DNA of 64,000 nucleotides from a virus (IMGVR_UViG_3300044712_001906:1-64000); one strand, 5' to 3'. Shown: positions 26,827-37,208, numbered from the stretch's first letter. Notes: generated from the sequence alone by a model not told the origin. Program-made: numbers and translations.

Positions 26827-27624
26827 GTGACCCAACCCATCGCGAACGTTGGACTGGCCCAGGAGGCTCCCGCCACGCCTCGACGCGTTGCCGACCTGAT
26901 CGAAGCCCTGTCGTCGGCCTCGGCGGCGGCGGCGTCTTCTCCGCTAGGCGAGGACCTCACAGTGACAGTGTCGAACCGCAAGGTCAGGGTCGAGTTGCAT
27001 GCATGGTCCGAGGAGGCTGGACAGTCGTTGGCCATCGTCAACGGCCTCATGCGCGACCCGGTCGCCACGGCCGAGCGTATGCCCTATGGCGTCGTGGGCC
27101 GCGTGGCGAAGGCCCTCCGTCGTCACCTCGAAGAGGCTCTACCCGCGGGCGAGCTTCGGCTCGTCGGGTCCGATGAAGGTGACCGCGTCATCTCGCTGCC
27201 TATTATCGAGGCGTTGCGAGGCTTCGAGAGGCTGCACGACCAACGCACCGTGCTGCGAGGGAGCACGGTCCTGCTCACGCCCGTGTTGCGCGTCGGGCGG
27301 AGCCCTTCCGGCTCAGCGCGCTGGGCGGCGCGCGTGAGGGTCTACGGCAAGCTCGCGGAGCTCCCATTGCTCGATGCAGCTGCGGCCAGGGCAATCCGTG
27401 CGCTCGAACGCAAGACCGATGTCGAGGCGTGCGTCCATGCGGTATGGACGCGCTACGGTGACGGAGGCTGGGAGCTCGACGCGCGCGCCTCGCAGATCGT
27501 CGAGGTCCGGGAGTCGGGCTATCGTCCGCTTGCGCCAGGCGAGTGGAGCACGTTGCCTTCGTCCATGTCGGCCTCGCGGGTCGGCGCCCTGCTGAACGAG
27601 GAGGCTGACGAGTGGGCCGAGTAG
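26827..27624 (+). CDS. Hypothetical protein, partner of PIN protein
   Basis: About 265 aa, GGGAGG RBS, overlaps the PIN gene. Confidence 0.65.
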   Translation: MTQPIANVGLAQEAPATPRRVADLIEALSSASAAAASSPLGEDLTVTVSNRKVRVELHAWSEEAGQSLAIVNGLMRDPVATAERMPYGVVGRVAKALRRHLEEALPAGELRLVGSDEGDRVISLPIIEALRGFERLHDQRTVLRGSTVLLTPVLRVGRSPSGSARWAARVRVYGKLAELPLLDAAAARAIRALERKTDVEACVHAVWTRYGDGGWELDARASQIVEVRESGYRPLAPGEWSTLPSSMSASRVGALLNEEADEWAE

Positions 27625-28160
27625 CCGTCGACACGAACGTCCTCATCGCATCCTTGCCAACGGTTGCCGACACGGCAGATCCCCGCTTCGCGCAGACCCG
27701 CGCTGCACAGCACCTCATGGACGAAGGTCAGGAGATCGTCGTGCCTGCGCCAGCGTGGTTCGAGATGCTGCGCAAGTGCACGAACCAGGAAGCCCAAGCC
27801 CTGGCGCCGCTTGCACAGAGGCTACGGATCGAGGCGGTCGACGCCGCCGCCGCCGAGCGCGCCGGCGAACTGGTCCGGGCGGCCGTGAAGACACCTCTCT
27901 GCGACGCCTGCTTGAACGAGATGCCGCCAGGTCTGTGCAACAAGTGCGGGGCAGCGCGTCCCAAGTCTGCGCTTCTGCTCGACGCGCTCATTGTGGCTGT
28001 GGCGGAGGTCCAGGGATGCTCGGCCTTCTACACGTTCGACGAGACCCTGGTGCGCGTCCTATCGCCGCTCGCGCGTGTTGCACTGCGAGTACCGAGGCCT
28101 CCTCCGCAAGGCGTGCTGCCGTTGGCTCCTCCGCGACGCGCGGCGGATGAAGCGCCGTAG
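27612..28160 (+). CDS. PIN-domain (VapC-like) ribonuclease with zinc-ribbon insertion
   Basis: VAVDTNVLI, WFE, LLDALIVAVA, FYTFD; CDAC...CNKC insert. Confidence 0.85.
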   Translation: MGRVAVDTNVLIASLPTVADTADPRFAQTRAAQHLMDEGQEIVVPAPAWFEMLRKCTNQEAQALAPLAQRLRIEAVDAAAAERAGELVRAAVKTPLCDACLNEMPPGLCNKCGAARPKSALLLDALIVAVAEVQGCSAFYTFDETLVRVLSPLARVALRVPRPPPQGVLPLAPPRRAADEAP

Positions 28161-28171
28161 AGCCTCGCGGA

Positions 28172-29695
28172 CTACCCCACGAACGGCACAAGCACCTGCA
28201 CCGAACCGCCGACAACCTCGACCTCGGCGTCTACCTCGAGCCGCTCCCCGTCCTCGACCACGCGCACGCCGCGCACGGCGACCACCCGGGGATCCGCTCC
28301 GAGCTGCGAGCTCGCGTGCGAAGCGACGAACCCGGCCTCCGTGGCATCGCCCGACTCTCCGACCAGGCGCGGGAGCCCGTAGTCCGACCAGACCGATTCG
28401 CCCTGCACCGTTCCGAGGCGAAGCTGGAAGGCCTGCTTGACGTTGTCCGGCCCCGAGACCGTTACGACGTCCGTGTCACCGAGCGCGACGAGGTCGCCGT
28501 CGACGAGGAACAGGTCCGAGCCGTAGGGGTCGCCGTCGAAGGTCGAGGCCGACGACGGAACGCCCGTGACCGGTACCTGGACGACGTCGCCGGGCTCGAG
28601 GGGGCTGCCGTCCGCCTTGCGGTCGGGCGCGGCCATCCCTGACGCCGTAGCGATCTCGACCCAGCGCGCGCGGTCGCCGAGCACGCGCCAGGCGATGTCG
28701 GTGAGGCTCTCGTTCGGGCGGATCGTGTAGGGCGCCGTGTCGACCTGCCCACCGGTGGGCGCGGTCATGGACGCGGCCCCTGGCGTGTCGTCGTCGACGC
28801 CACCGGCCACGCCATACCCGAACGATCCCAGGGCCTCGGCGACCGTCCGGCGGATCTCCGCGAGGCCCTCTAGGATGGAGTCGCGCGTGGGTCGTGCGTC
28901 CTCGGCGTTGTCGAGGCCGAGCGCGTCCCACGTGTCGAACACGGCCGTCGTGGCAGCCTCGGTCGCCTGGTAGACGTCCGCGAGGAGCTTCCCCGGGAAG
29001 GCCTTCAGGTCATCGACCTGTCCCGCCACTGCCTGCGCTTCCATGGCGATGCGCCCGACCGCTTGCACCGGCCCTCGCAGGTCGTCGAGGGTGCGGTTGA
29101 TGTTGGCGAGCTCCTCCTCGGCGCGCGCGACGTAGCCCGCGACAGCGTCCACCGCCTCGGTCGCGGACCGCGCCCAGCCAGAGATCGTGTCGAGGATGCC
29201 GCCCTTGCCGGCCTTCGCCTCGCCCATGCAGAGGAGCTCGAGGCTCCACGAGTACATGACGTTCGCCGAGGTCGTGTCCCTCTCGAGGGAGATCGTCGCG
29301 GGGTCGACGTCCCACGCCATGCCGTCGTCGATGGCGCGCAGCACGAGCCGCGGCTCGGGGCTGCCCGCCGCTTCGGCGGCGGCCGCGTCCTCCTCGAACT
29401 TCCGGAGGAAGGCCTTGAACTCCCGCGCGAGCTCGGGGCCGCCGGCGAACTTCCTGGTACCGGAGCGGTCTGACCCGAGGCGGTGCGCCCACCCCGAGAG
29501 GCCCCGGAACGAGACGCGCTCCTCGCGGAGCCCGGAGTGTTCCTTGACGGGGCGCTCACCCAGCGTCCACGAGACCTGCGAGGCGGACTGGTGCTGGATG
29601 GACGCGTTGGCCGTCGGCGGGAAGGCGATGGAGCGCGACAGGGCGCCTCGGCCATCGTAGACCTCGAGGAGGTATCGGATCTTCGCGCTGGCCAT
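28172..29695 (-). CDS. Baseplate protein: tube initiator-like N-terminus, LysM, gp25/GPW-like C-terminus
   Basis: YTIRPNESLTDIAWRVLGD..RWVEIA (LysM); VSGPDNVKQA..LRL.T..GE...DYG...ADPRV (gp25-like). Confidence 0.8.
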   Translation of the reverse strand: MASAKIRYLLEVYDGRGALSRSIAFPPTANASIQHQSASQVSWTLGERPVKEHSGLREERVSFRGLSGWAHRLGSDRSGTRKFAGGPELAREFKAFLRKFEEDAAAAEAAGSPEPRLVLRAIDDGMAWDVDPATISLERDTTSANVMYSWSLELLCMGEAKAGKGGILDTISGWARSATEAVDAVAGYVARAEEELANINRTLDDLRGPVQAVGRIAMEAQAVAGQVDDLKAFPGKLLADVYQATEAATTAVFDTWDALGLDNAEDARPTRDSILEGLAEIRRTVAEALGSFGYGVAGGVDDDTPGAASMTAPTGGQVDTAPYTIRPNESLTDIAWRVLGDRARWVEIATASGMAAPDRKADGSPLEPGDVVQVPVTGVPSSASTFDGDPYGSDLFLVDGDLVALGDTDVVTVSGPDNVKQAFQLRLGTVQGESVWSDYGLPRLVGESGDATEAGFVASHASSQLGADPRVVAVRGVRVVEDGERLEVDAEVEVVGGSVQVLVPFVG

Positions 29696-29704
29696 CGTTC
29701 CCTC

Positions 29705-32365
29705 CTAGGCGTTGGACGCGTCGAGCCAGAAGGCGGGCATGCCGCCGGACAATAGACCGCTCTGCCCCCAATAGCGGAGCGTCCCCGCAGGGTCCGGCAG
29801 GACGCCGTTGGTCACAACGAACTCGAAGAAGTAGCTGTCAAGGTACGCCGAGGCCGCCGCGAGATTGCCAGGCAGCGACGTCGGGACCGTCTTGATCTGC
29901 CCGGAGGTCTGCGTCACGGTGGCGCCGCAGGCCAGGATGCAGGCGTTCCCGAGCGTGGTGTCGACCGACATGGCTACGAAGTACGGCACGCCAGCCTCAA
30001 GCGTGCAGGAGAAGCTGCCGCTGCCCCATGTGTCGGCCGCCGTGTTGAAGTCAGCCAAGTAGGCCATCCTGGCCAGATCCGACAGGCGGTACACGGCGAC
30101 GTGGTGCGAGGTGTTCGCCGTGGTGTAGATGCCATACCAGCGGATCTTGGAGACCGTGATGGTCGTCCTGGGGATAAACAACGAGCAGCGCGCGGTCGAC
30201 GTGCCGATCTGCGTTGGCGTAGGCGAGACCACGCCGGACGCCTGGCACATGGCCATCAGCCGGCCCGGATCTCCGTCGCCCACGCATCCGATGATCTTGT
30301 CGCCCCAGGCAGAGGATGCGAAGGGCGGCGTGGCCCACGACGGATCTGCGCCCGCTCCGCCATCCCTGAGGTAGCTCCCGGCCGCGCTCGGCGAGAGCGC
30401 CGCCCACCCCGAGGCGCCGCGGTAGAGGATTTGCCCGCGCGTCGAGCCGACGAAGTCCAGGACCGCCGATGCGCTCAGCTCCTCACCCGTGCCTGCGCCG
30501 GACGCGCGCCCGAGGACGCGAGCCCCGGCCGCGAGCCCGAAGTCCGCCGCGACGTGCGAGTGCCCCGTCGCCGCCTTCTCCGTGTCGAGCTCGTCGATCG
30601 CCGCCTGCACGTTGGTTGCGGCGATGCCGCCCGCCGGCACGTTGACGACCTGCGCCGCCGTGAGCCCAGACACCGGCGAGATGCTCTGCTCGCGGTTCTG
30701 GAAGAGCCGCACGACCTCGCGGATACGGCTCTTGCCCGTGCCGCCGTAGGTCGACTTCGTGTCGAGGATGACCTTGAGCAGCGGCGTGAACTCGGAGAGC
30801 GGCAGCGTCGACAGGTCGAGGCTCCCGGTGGTCTCCGCGCGCGCGGCAGTCAGGCTGGTGTGCTGCGCCTGCCCCGGGATCCAGACCTGCCGGAGCGCCG
30901 TGTCGAGTGCGGGCATGCCGTAGCAGTAGTAGCAAACGAAGTTGGTCGTGTCTGCGTCGGTCAGTCCCAGGCCGGCGCCGTCGTACTGGAGCAGCGTGCC
31001 GTGCTTGTAGATGAGGCTCGCGCCCGTGCTCCAGACCCACTCGCCGGACGCGAGCCGGTAGAGGTGCGAGTAGGGGCCGCCGTCGGACTGCGCCGTGCAG
31101 GACGTCTTGAGGTCCTCGTCGTAGATGTCGACGGCCGTCACGGCCATCGTCGTCGCGGCGTCCGAGTCCGTGTCCGGCGTGTAGCCGCTCGGCACGGCGC
31201 CGGTGAGCGCGCGCATCGTGCCCAGGGTCGTGTGCAGCTCTCGGTGGGTCGCCGTGTCCATGGCGACGGTGTGCGGCTCGTGGAACCCGATCCCCGATGC
31301 GAGCGTGCCCGACCAGTACACCTCGCAGGTCGGCGCGTGGAGCATGATGTCCCACGGCGTGTTGACCGCCGACCACGTCCACGCGCTTCCGTCCCAGTAG
31401 TAGAACCACCGCCCGGTGCTCGCGGTGTGCGCAGTCGAAACGTGCGGCGACGGCTCCGTGTGCCGCACGCCGTTCACGTAGACGTTGAAGGTCCCGCCCG
31501 ACTTCGCGGTGACGGTGACTTTCCTGGTCCCCGCATCGTAGGCCACCGTGACCGCCGGCGTGCCGTCCGTGTGCAGCTCGTAGCCGTACGCTTTCTGGCG
31601 GCCCACGAGTCGCGAATCAGTCCCCTGGACGACGTCTGACGACTCCTCGCCATCCGCGGCGAGCCGCGAGATCCCGGCGTCGGAGGTCGATGCCGCGGGG
31701 AGGTCGCCCGCCGTGTGCGCGTGCGATGCAGCGGCGGCCCCGATGTCCCCCGGCGAGAGCGCGTCGCCGCCGAGGGTCGCGTGGCTCGCCTTGTGCGCCG
31801 TCGGCGTCCGAGCGTTGCTCAAGCGGCTGTCCGTCGAGTCGACTGCCTCGCCAGACGCGCTCTCACCGTCGGTCGCCAGGCGCACAAGGCCCTTCGTCGT
31901 CGTCGAGGCGTCCGAGATCCAACCGTCGAGCTTGCCTCCCGCGTCGGCCTTCGGGATGGCGTTGGCGCCTGGCGTCGCCGTGCCGACCTCGTCCCCGCCG
32001 CCATGCTGGTGCTGCGTCGCGTGATTCCCGCCGCCGCCCGGGGCGCCGCCGTCGATGACCTGGCCGTCCTCGTTGAAGACGGCCATGTTCCCGACGCCGG
32101 CCGTCGGGACGAGCTCCATGCCTCCGCCGGCAGGCTCCGCCCACATAGCCGCGTCCTCGCCGGTCGCCGTCAGAACGTCGCCGGCCTGCGGCTTGGACGC
32201 TGTGCTGACGACGACGACGACGCCCTCTGCGGTCCGGAGGCCGCTCGCCACGCGGTCGTCGCTCAGGCGCGCATCGTCCCCGGCGCACGCCTGATTGGCG
32301 CCCTCGCCGAGGGTGTGGTGGATGGATTCCGGGCTGCGGTCGGTGTCGGGGAAGCGCGGCGCCAC
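29705..32365 (-). CDS. Long tail fibre
   Basis: ASTTTKGLVRLA and DSRLSNARTPTAH fibre repeats, HxH motifs, ATNVQAAIDELD, Gly-rich C-terminal tip. Confidence 0.8.
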   Translation of the reverse strand: MAPRFPDTDRSPESIHHTLGEGANQACAGDDARLSDDRVASGLRTAEGVVVVVSTASKPQAGDVLTATGEDAAMWAEPAGGGMELVPTAGVGNMAVFNEDGQVIDGGAPGGGGNHATQHQHGGGDEVGTATPGANAIPKADAGGKLDGWISDASTTTKGLVRLATDGESASGEAVDSTDSRLSNARTPTAHKASHATLGGDALSPGDIGAAAASHAHTAGDLPAASTSDAGISRLAADGEESSDVVQGTDSRLVGRQKAYGYELHTDGTPAVTVAYDAGTRKVTVTAKSGGTFNVYVNGVRHTEPSPHVSTAHTASTGRWFYYWDGSAWTWSAVNTPWDIMLHAPTCEVYWSGTLASGIGFHEPHTVAMDTATHRELHTTLGTMRALTGAVPSGYTPDTDSDAATTMAVTAVDIYDEDLKTSCTAQSDGGPYSHLYRLASGEWVWSTGASLIYKHGTLLQYDGAGLGLTDADTTNFVCYYCYGMPALDTALRQVWIPGQAQHTSLTAARAETTGSLDLSTLPLSEFTPLLKVILDTKSTYGGTGKSRIREVVRLFQNREQSISPVSGLTAAQVVNVPAGGIAATNVQAAIDELDTEKAATGHSHVAADFGLAAGARVLGRASGAGTGEELSASAVLDFVGSTRGQILYRGASGWAALSPSAAGSYLRDGGAGADPSWATPPFASSAWGDKIIGCVGDGDPGRLMAMCQASGVVSPTPTQIGTSTARCSLFIPRTTITVSKIRWYGIYTTANTSHHVAVYRLSDLARMAYLADFNTAADTWGSGSFSCTLEAGVPYFVAMSVDTTLGNACILACGATVTQTSGQIKTVPTSLPGNLAAASAYLDSYFFEFVVTNGVLPDPAGTLRYWGQSGLLSGGMPAFWLDASNA

Positions 32366-32366
32366 G

Positions 32367-33113
32367 TCACACCCCCTGCTCGGCATCGGCCGAGACGTGG
32401 ATCGCTGCGGCCTTGAGCGCTTCTGGCGTCAGGGAGGGGAGGGAGCCAAAGAACTCCGGTACGCCGTGGCTCGCACCGAGCGCCGGTGCTGCGACAACGA
32501 GCCACGCATGCATCGCTTCCATGTAGCTCTGCGCCTGCTGCAAGTAGGCGAGAAGCGGACCGGCGAGCACGAGCCGCTCGGCAGCCTCTCCGCCGCGGGA
32601 GACGCGCAGGACGCCATCGTCCGGCAGCTGCACGCGGGCCGTCGGGTCCTCAGCGTCGCCGAGGTCGAGGGTCCACGCGCCCCTCGAGTCGAGGATCTGT
32701 CGCGTGCCCCCGTTGACCCGCGCGAAGTCGGCAGGCCCGACGTCCCCGGGGTGGTCCTCGGCTTGATCGACGACGGGCGTCCGCTCGGCGATGGTGGCTT
32801 GGGTGTTCTGGAGCGCTCCGACGATGACGGGCGGGTACTTCCCTCGCAGGACGAGCACGACCTGCGTTCCCTCCGGGGTGTCGGCCCCAATCGGCACGCT
32901 GTCGGCGATAGTCTGCGGGTCGGGCGTCGGAGGATCGTAGCCCCACGCGCTCGCGCCCCCGCCGGCGACGACGAAGGGCAGGTCGTTCCAGCGCTGGGGG
33001 CTGTTCGGCACGAAGACGTCAACGAACACGCGCCCGTTGCGGATGCGCACGCGACGCACGTTCGCGATGACGGCGGTCGGCGGGCTCAGGATGCCGGTGC
33101 CGTGCGGTCTCAT
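32367..33113 (-). CDS. Baseplate central spike (gpV-like)
   Basis: OB-fold-like N-terminus (GTQVVLV...PVIVGAL); position after hub. Confidence 0.65.
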   Translation of the reverse strand: MRPHGTGILSPPTAVIANVRRVRIRNGRVFVDVFVPNSPQRWNDLPFVVAGGGASAWGYDPPTPDPQTIADSVPIGADTPEGTQVVLVLRGKYPPVIVGALQNTQATIAERTPVVDQAEDHPGDVGPADFARVNGGTRQILDSRGAWTLDLGDAEDPTARVQLPDDGVLRVSRGGEAAERLVLAGPLLAYLQQAQSYMEAMHAWLVVAAPALGASHGVPEFFGSLPSLTPEALKAAAIHVSADAEQGV

Positions 33114-35014
33114 CCGATGTTCCAGGCCGGGCGGCGGAGGTTGAAGTCGCCCATCTCCGCGTCCTCGCGCGCGGTCCGCACGCCGCCGACACCGAGGCGG
33201 GGATCAGAGCGCGCCGACTCGTCGAAGAGCCCGCGCGAGTAGCTGACGGTGGTCGTCGAATGGATGGCCGACCCGACGACCGAGAACTGGTGGGTGACCT
33301 CCTCGACGTAGCAGGTCAGCTCCGGGCCCGGAGCGCCGGCAGGCATGCCAACGCGCAGCGGCTCGCCGTGCCGCACCTCCGGCGAGAAGCCCTTGATGAC
33401 GATGGTGCCCGACTCGAAGCGCTCGTTGGCGTACATGAACTGGTGCGCCTGAAGCGCGATGGTGCGGATGCCGGTGATGATGTCGGCGATGTCGCTCGCC
33501 TCGGGAGGCATGAAGGGCCACTGCGGCTGGAACATCCGGCAGCCGCGCGTCCAGAGCTGGTTGCCGCCGAAGATGGGCAGTCCGGCCTCCTTCAGGAAGC
33601 GGATCTCCGACTGCGGATCGGTCGGCAGCCCCATCGTGACGAGGGTCACCGAGTCGTCTTCCGACGAGCTGTAGGAGACCTCGGTGACGCGGTCGGCGAC
33701 GACGCGGGTCGCCCTGTCGATGTTCCAGGTGGGCTGCTCGAAGAGCGTCAGGTCGAGGTCGGTCGCGGACACGTTCCAGCGATGGGATCCGTCCTCGCGG
33801 AAGATGTTCATCCGGTCGCGGACCCACCGCGACAGCGGCATCGTCCGCCAGGGGCGCATCCGGTAGACGAGCACGGGGTTGCGCCCGAGCGCCGAGCCGA
33901 GCTTGGACGAGAAGGCCGCCCCGGCCGGCTGGCTCCGCAGCGCCTGCAGCCGCCGCTCACGCTCCTGTGCGACCTCGAGCTCCGACGGCTCGAGGAGGTC
34001 GCGAAGCGACGCGGCGAGGTCCGTGCTTGTTGCCGCCGTGCCAGCGAGGTTGGCGCCAGCGGTGGCGCCCACCGTCTCGGCCTGCCGCTTCTTCCGGAGC
34101 TCATCGCGCACCTGGGCCTCGAGACCGAGGGGCGACGCCTGCGACGGCACGCCGGGGGCCTCGAGGGATGCGAAGAGCTCCACCATGTTCGGATCGGCCC
34201 CGAAGGTGCCCATGATGATGCTCAGCGCCGTGGCACCGACGGGCCTCACGGCGTGCATGCCCGGGACGCCCCAGCCCGGCACCGCTTCGGCCGAGCGGTT
34301 CGCGGCGAAGGCCGTCGCCGTCGTCGGGTCGTGGACGACGGACACGGCGTGCCCGAGCTCCTCCTCGCCGAGCGACTTCGGCAGGACGATCGCGGCGAGG
34401 TGCGGTAGGATCTCGCGCAGCGACTCGCCGATGTCCCGGCGCTGGTAGGACGGGAGCGCCGGAACGCTCGCCAACGCCTCTCGCGGCTGGTCCTGGAACG
34501 GGTCAAGGTCGCCCAGGCGGCTCGCGAGCTGCGAGCCCGTCTGCTTGGCGATGGTCGGCATGAGCCGCTTCGTGTCGGCGACGGAGAGCAGCGCGTCGAG
34601 CCCTCCCTCCCACGCCTCGAGGCCCATCACGCCGCCGAAGCGCGTAGCGCCGAGCTGCGAGAGCACGTAGAGCTCGAGGCTCCCGAGCACCGCGAGCCAC
34701 GGCACGGCCTCGACCGTCGTCGGGCGCGAGACGATGGCGCCGGCGGGCCCGGACGCCGTGATGCCTCCGCCCCTGCGCTTCACGTACCCGAAGGCGAGCG
34801 CATCGCGGGTCACGCCGTCGCGCACGACGATCCAGTCGCCGTGACGCGGCCACACCTCGCGCTGCTGGCTCCGAGGCACCTGGAGCGTCAGGGAGATCTT
34901 GCCCCACGGCTGAGCCACCGCGTGCGACCAGCTGACCGACGTGCACCAGTCCGTCAACTGGATGACGCCGCGGGTGTGCGTGTGGAGCTCGATGGTCGGA
35001 GGCGTGGCGGCCAT
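33110..35014 (-). CDS. Baseplate hub protein
   Basis: Follows tape measure; ESGTIVIKG..EVRHG...YVEEVTHQF...TTTVSYSRG hub C-terminus. Confidence 0.7.
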   Translation of the reverse strand: MAATPPTIELHTHTRGVIQLTDWCTSVSWSHAVAQPWGKISLTLQVPRSQQREVWPRHGDWIVVRDGVTRDALAFGYVKRRGGGITASGPAGAIVSRPTTVEAVPWLAVLGSLELYVLSQLGATRFGGVMGLEAWEGGLDALLSVADTKRLMPTIAKQTGSQLASRLGDLDPFQDQPREALASVPALPSYQRRDIGESLREILPHLAAIVLPKSLGEEELGHAVSVVHDPTTATAFAANRSAEAVPGWGVPGMHAVRPVGATALSIIMGTFGADPNMVELFASLEAPGVPSQASPLGLEAQVRDELRKKRQAETVGATAGANLAGTAATSTDLAASLRDLLEPSELEVAQERERRLQALRSQPAGAAFSSKLGSALGRNPVLVYRMRPWRTMPLSRWVRDRMNIFREDGSHRWNVSATDLDLTLFEQPTWNIDRATRVVADRVTEVSYSSSEDDSVTLVTMGLPTDPQSEIRFLKEAGLPIFGGNQLWTRGCRMFQPQWPFMPPEASDIADIITGIRTIALQAHQFMYANERFESGTIVIKGFSPEVRHGEPLRVGMPAGAPGPELTCYVEEVTHQFSVVGSAIHSTTTVSYSRGLFDESARSDPRLGVGGVRTAREDAEMGDFNLRRPAWNIG

Positions 35015-36516
35015 CAGTGCACCGCTCCCTTCACCGCGTCGATGACCGTGTCGAACCCGCTCTTGATGGAGTCGCGGACGCTGCCGACCGTGTCCTTCAC
35101 CGCATCGACCGCGATGGTCGAGACGAAGTCCGAGAGCTTCCCGCTCCGGATGGCGTCCGCGAGCTTGTTGACCGCATCGACCGATGCCGCGCCCAGAGCG
35201 GTCATCGCTCGGTTGACGCCGGCCTCGGCGACCACGACGTCGCCCCACTGCTTGTCGGAGGCGCTGTTGATCTTCGACCACTCGGCGGCTGCGATGGTGG
35301 TCGACAGGCCGTAGTTGGCGCCCGTGAACCGAGCCGACTTGCCGGCCGACGCCTCGCTCCCGGAGAGGTTGACGACGCCGCGAGCCGCGTCCGACCCGAT
35401 GCCGAGCGACGCCATCGCGGCGAACTGTCCGGCCGAGCCCGTGCCGGCGTAGGCCCCGAGCGCCAGGTTCGGGTCGGTCATCATCCGCTCGTAGCCCTGC
35501 ATGAGCCCGCCGAAGCCTGGCCCGCCGAGTCTCGCGGCGTTGCGGAGCATGTAGGCCTCGCTCAGGCTGCCGAAGCCGGCCAAGAGCCCCGCGCGGCCCT
35601 GCCCTGCAAGCCCGGTGGCGCGTGCTGCAAGCTGCGGCTGCAGCGTGCCCATGCCGGCGAGGCCCGGCGTGTTCTCCATGCGTCCGGTCGCCCGGTTGAA
35701 GGCGTCGAGGTCCATCTTGAGGCCCTGGGACGCCATCTGGGACGTGGCGCCAGCGATGGTGGCAAGCCATCGATCCAGCGACGAGCCGCGAAGCCCCTGC
35801 GAGAAGGCCTGACGCAGCGCGGCCTGCGCGTCTCCGTTCTTCCCGCCGCCGCCGGCGCCCATGGAGCCCGCGTAGCCAGCGATGGCGCCCATGGACGCGC
35901 CAGAGAAGCCAGCGAGGTGGAGCGGGTTCATCCCGCCCATGCCGATGTCGGACGCGCCCACCATGCCCCGGGAGCGCGCGAACTGGAGCTGCATCGCCGA
36001 CGACTCGCCCGGCGTGAGGCCGAACTGCGTGCCGATGGCGCCCATGCCGGCGCCGCTGAGGCCCGCTACCTGGGCGTTGGCGATGTTCTTCTGGACGCTC
36101 GCGCGGTTGACGGCGTTCTGGTAGCCGGTCGCGATGGCGTTCGGGATGAGGCCGCCGGCGAGCCCGAGGATGCCCCCGAGCCCGCGGAGAGCGGTCCCGC
36201 CAGCGCCACCCACGCGGTCGGCCAGCTTGTTCGCGCCGTAGCTGCCGGCGAGGAGAGCGCCCCCGGCGACCGCGCCGTAGGGGTTCGACGCAAGGTGACC
36301 AGCGAGATAGCCGGCGCCGGCCATCATCGCCGTGCCGATGCCTCCGCGCCCCGCCTGTCCGGCCCGTCCGCCTCCGGCCGACCCGCCGCCTCCGAGCGCC
36401 TTCCCTGCCGCGTCCGCGGCACGGTCAAGCGACCGCTCGACGCCTTGGATCGCCTGCTGCGCCTTTCGGGTGTCGGCGTTGACCTCGAGCGTTACCTTGT
36501 GGCGGGTCTCACCCAC
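35014..36516 (-). CDS. Tail tape measure protein (short, 500 aa)
   Basis: Ala/Gly-rich helical protein after the tail chaperones. Confidence 0.75.
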   Translation of the reverse strand: MGETRHKVTLEVNADTRKAQQAIQGVERSLDRAADAAGKALGGGGSAGGGRAGQAGRGGIGTAMMAGAGYLAGHLASNPYGAVAGGALLAGSYGANKLADRVGGAGGTALRGLGGILGLAGGLIPNAIATGYQNAVNRASVQKNIANAQVAGLSGAGMGAIGTQFGLTPGESSAMQLQFARSRGMVGASDIGMGGMNPLHLAGFSGASMGAIAGYAGSMGAGGGGKNGDAQAALRQAFSQGLRGSSLDRWLATIAGATSQMASQGLKMDLDAFNRATGRMENTPGLAGMGTLQPQLAARATGLAGQGRAGLLAGFGSLSEAYMLRNAARLGGPGFGGLMQGYERMMTDPNLALGAYAGTGSAGQFAAMASLGIGSDAARGVVNLSGSEASAGKSARFTGANYGLSTTIAAAEWSKINSASDKQWGDVVVAEAGVNRAMTALGAASVDAVNKLADAIRSGKLSDFVSTIAVDAVKDTVGSVRDSIKSGFDTVIDAVKGAVH

Positions 36517-36745
36517 GGCGCTCCTCCTCCCACGCCTCGCGTTCGAGCGCGTCCCACTGCGGATCCCCGAGGAGCACCGGCCCCTTGTCGGCCTGCGACT
36601 TCGCCGCGGCCGTCATCCGGGCCTTCTCCATCGCGGACCACTCCGCGTCGGAGAGCCGCATGAGCACCGCTTCGGCCTCGTCGGCTGCGGCGAGGTCGGG
36701 CATCAAGGGGTGCGTCCGGCTACGCGGCGGCTCCGGCCAGGCCAT
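36509..36745 (-). CDS. Tail assembly chaperone, second ORF (likely frameshift extension)
   Basis: Overlaps the chaperone 3' end; GDPQWDALERE. Confidence 0.6.
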   Translation of the reverse strand: MAWPEPPRSRTHPLMPDLAAADEAEAVLMRLSDAEWSAMEKARMTAAAKSQADKGPVLLGDPQWDALEREAWEEERRG

Positions 36746-37208
36746 GCGCGACCACCTCCAGCCGGCGGCCGCCCGCGCCCTCCTGACCCGCTCCTCCGTC
36801 TCTGCGAAAGTAGCGGGCGGTGTGCGCCTCCGTGATGGCGAAGAGCCGGCCGAGTAGCTCCTCGTCCTCGCCGATGGCCTCGAGGAGCCAGTCAGGCACT
36901 TCGCGGAGCTGCGTCGCGACCGAGACCAGCGCCCAGATCTGGGACTGCGCCGCGGGCGGGAGATGCTCCCAGGGCATGCCGGCGCACGCCGCGGCCCATC
37001 GGTCGCGCTTCACGAGCTCGTCGCGCGTCATGATGCGCGAGACGACGGTCGCGCGGTGGAGCTCTCCCGACAGCGGGTGCTCCCAGGCGACAACGACGTC
37101 GAGGTCGCGCGGCACGAGCGGCTTCGTCTCCGGCACCTGCTCCGCCGGGGGCTCCCCGCGGTTCATGCGTCGGAGGTCGACAGTCCCGAGGCTCGGAGGC
37201 TTCGTCAT
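36720..37208 (-). CDS. Tail assembly chaperone
   Basis: Between tube and tape measure genes. Confidence 0.7.
   Translation of the reverse strand: MTKPPSLGTVDLRRMNRGEPPAEQVPETKPLVPRDLDVVVAWEHPLSGELHRATVVSRIMTRDELVKRDRWAAACAGMPWEHLPPAAQSQIWALVSVATQLREVPDWLLEAIGEDEELLGRLFAITEAHTARYFRRDGGAGQEGAGGRRLEVVAHGLAGAAA

Noticed and set aside
29705-30400. Diversity-generating retroelement target in the fibre tip
   Set aside because: No reverse transcriptase or template repeat in the window; the lower GC is better explained by tip exchange
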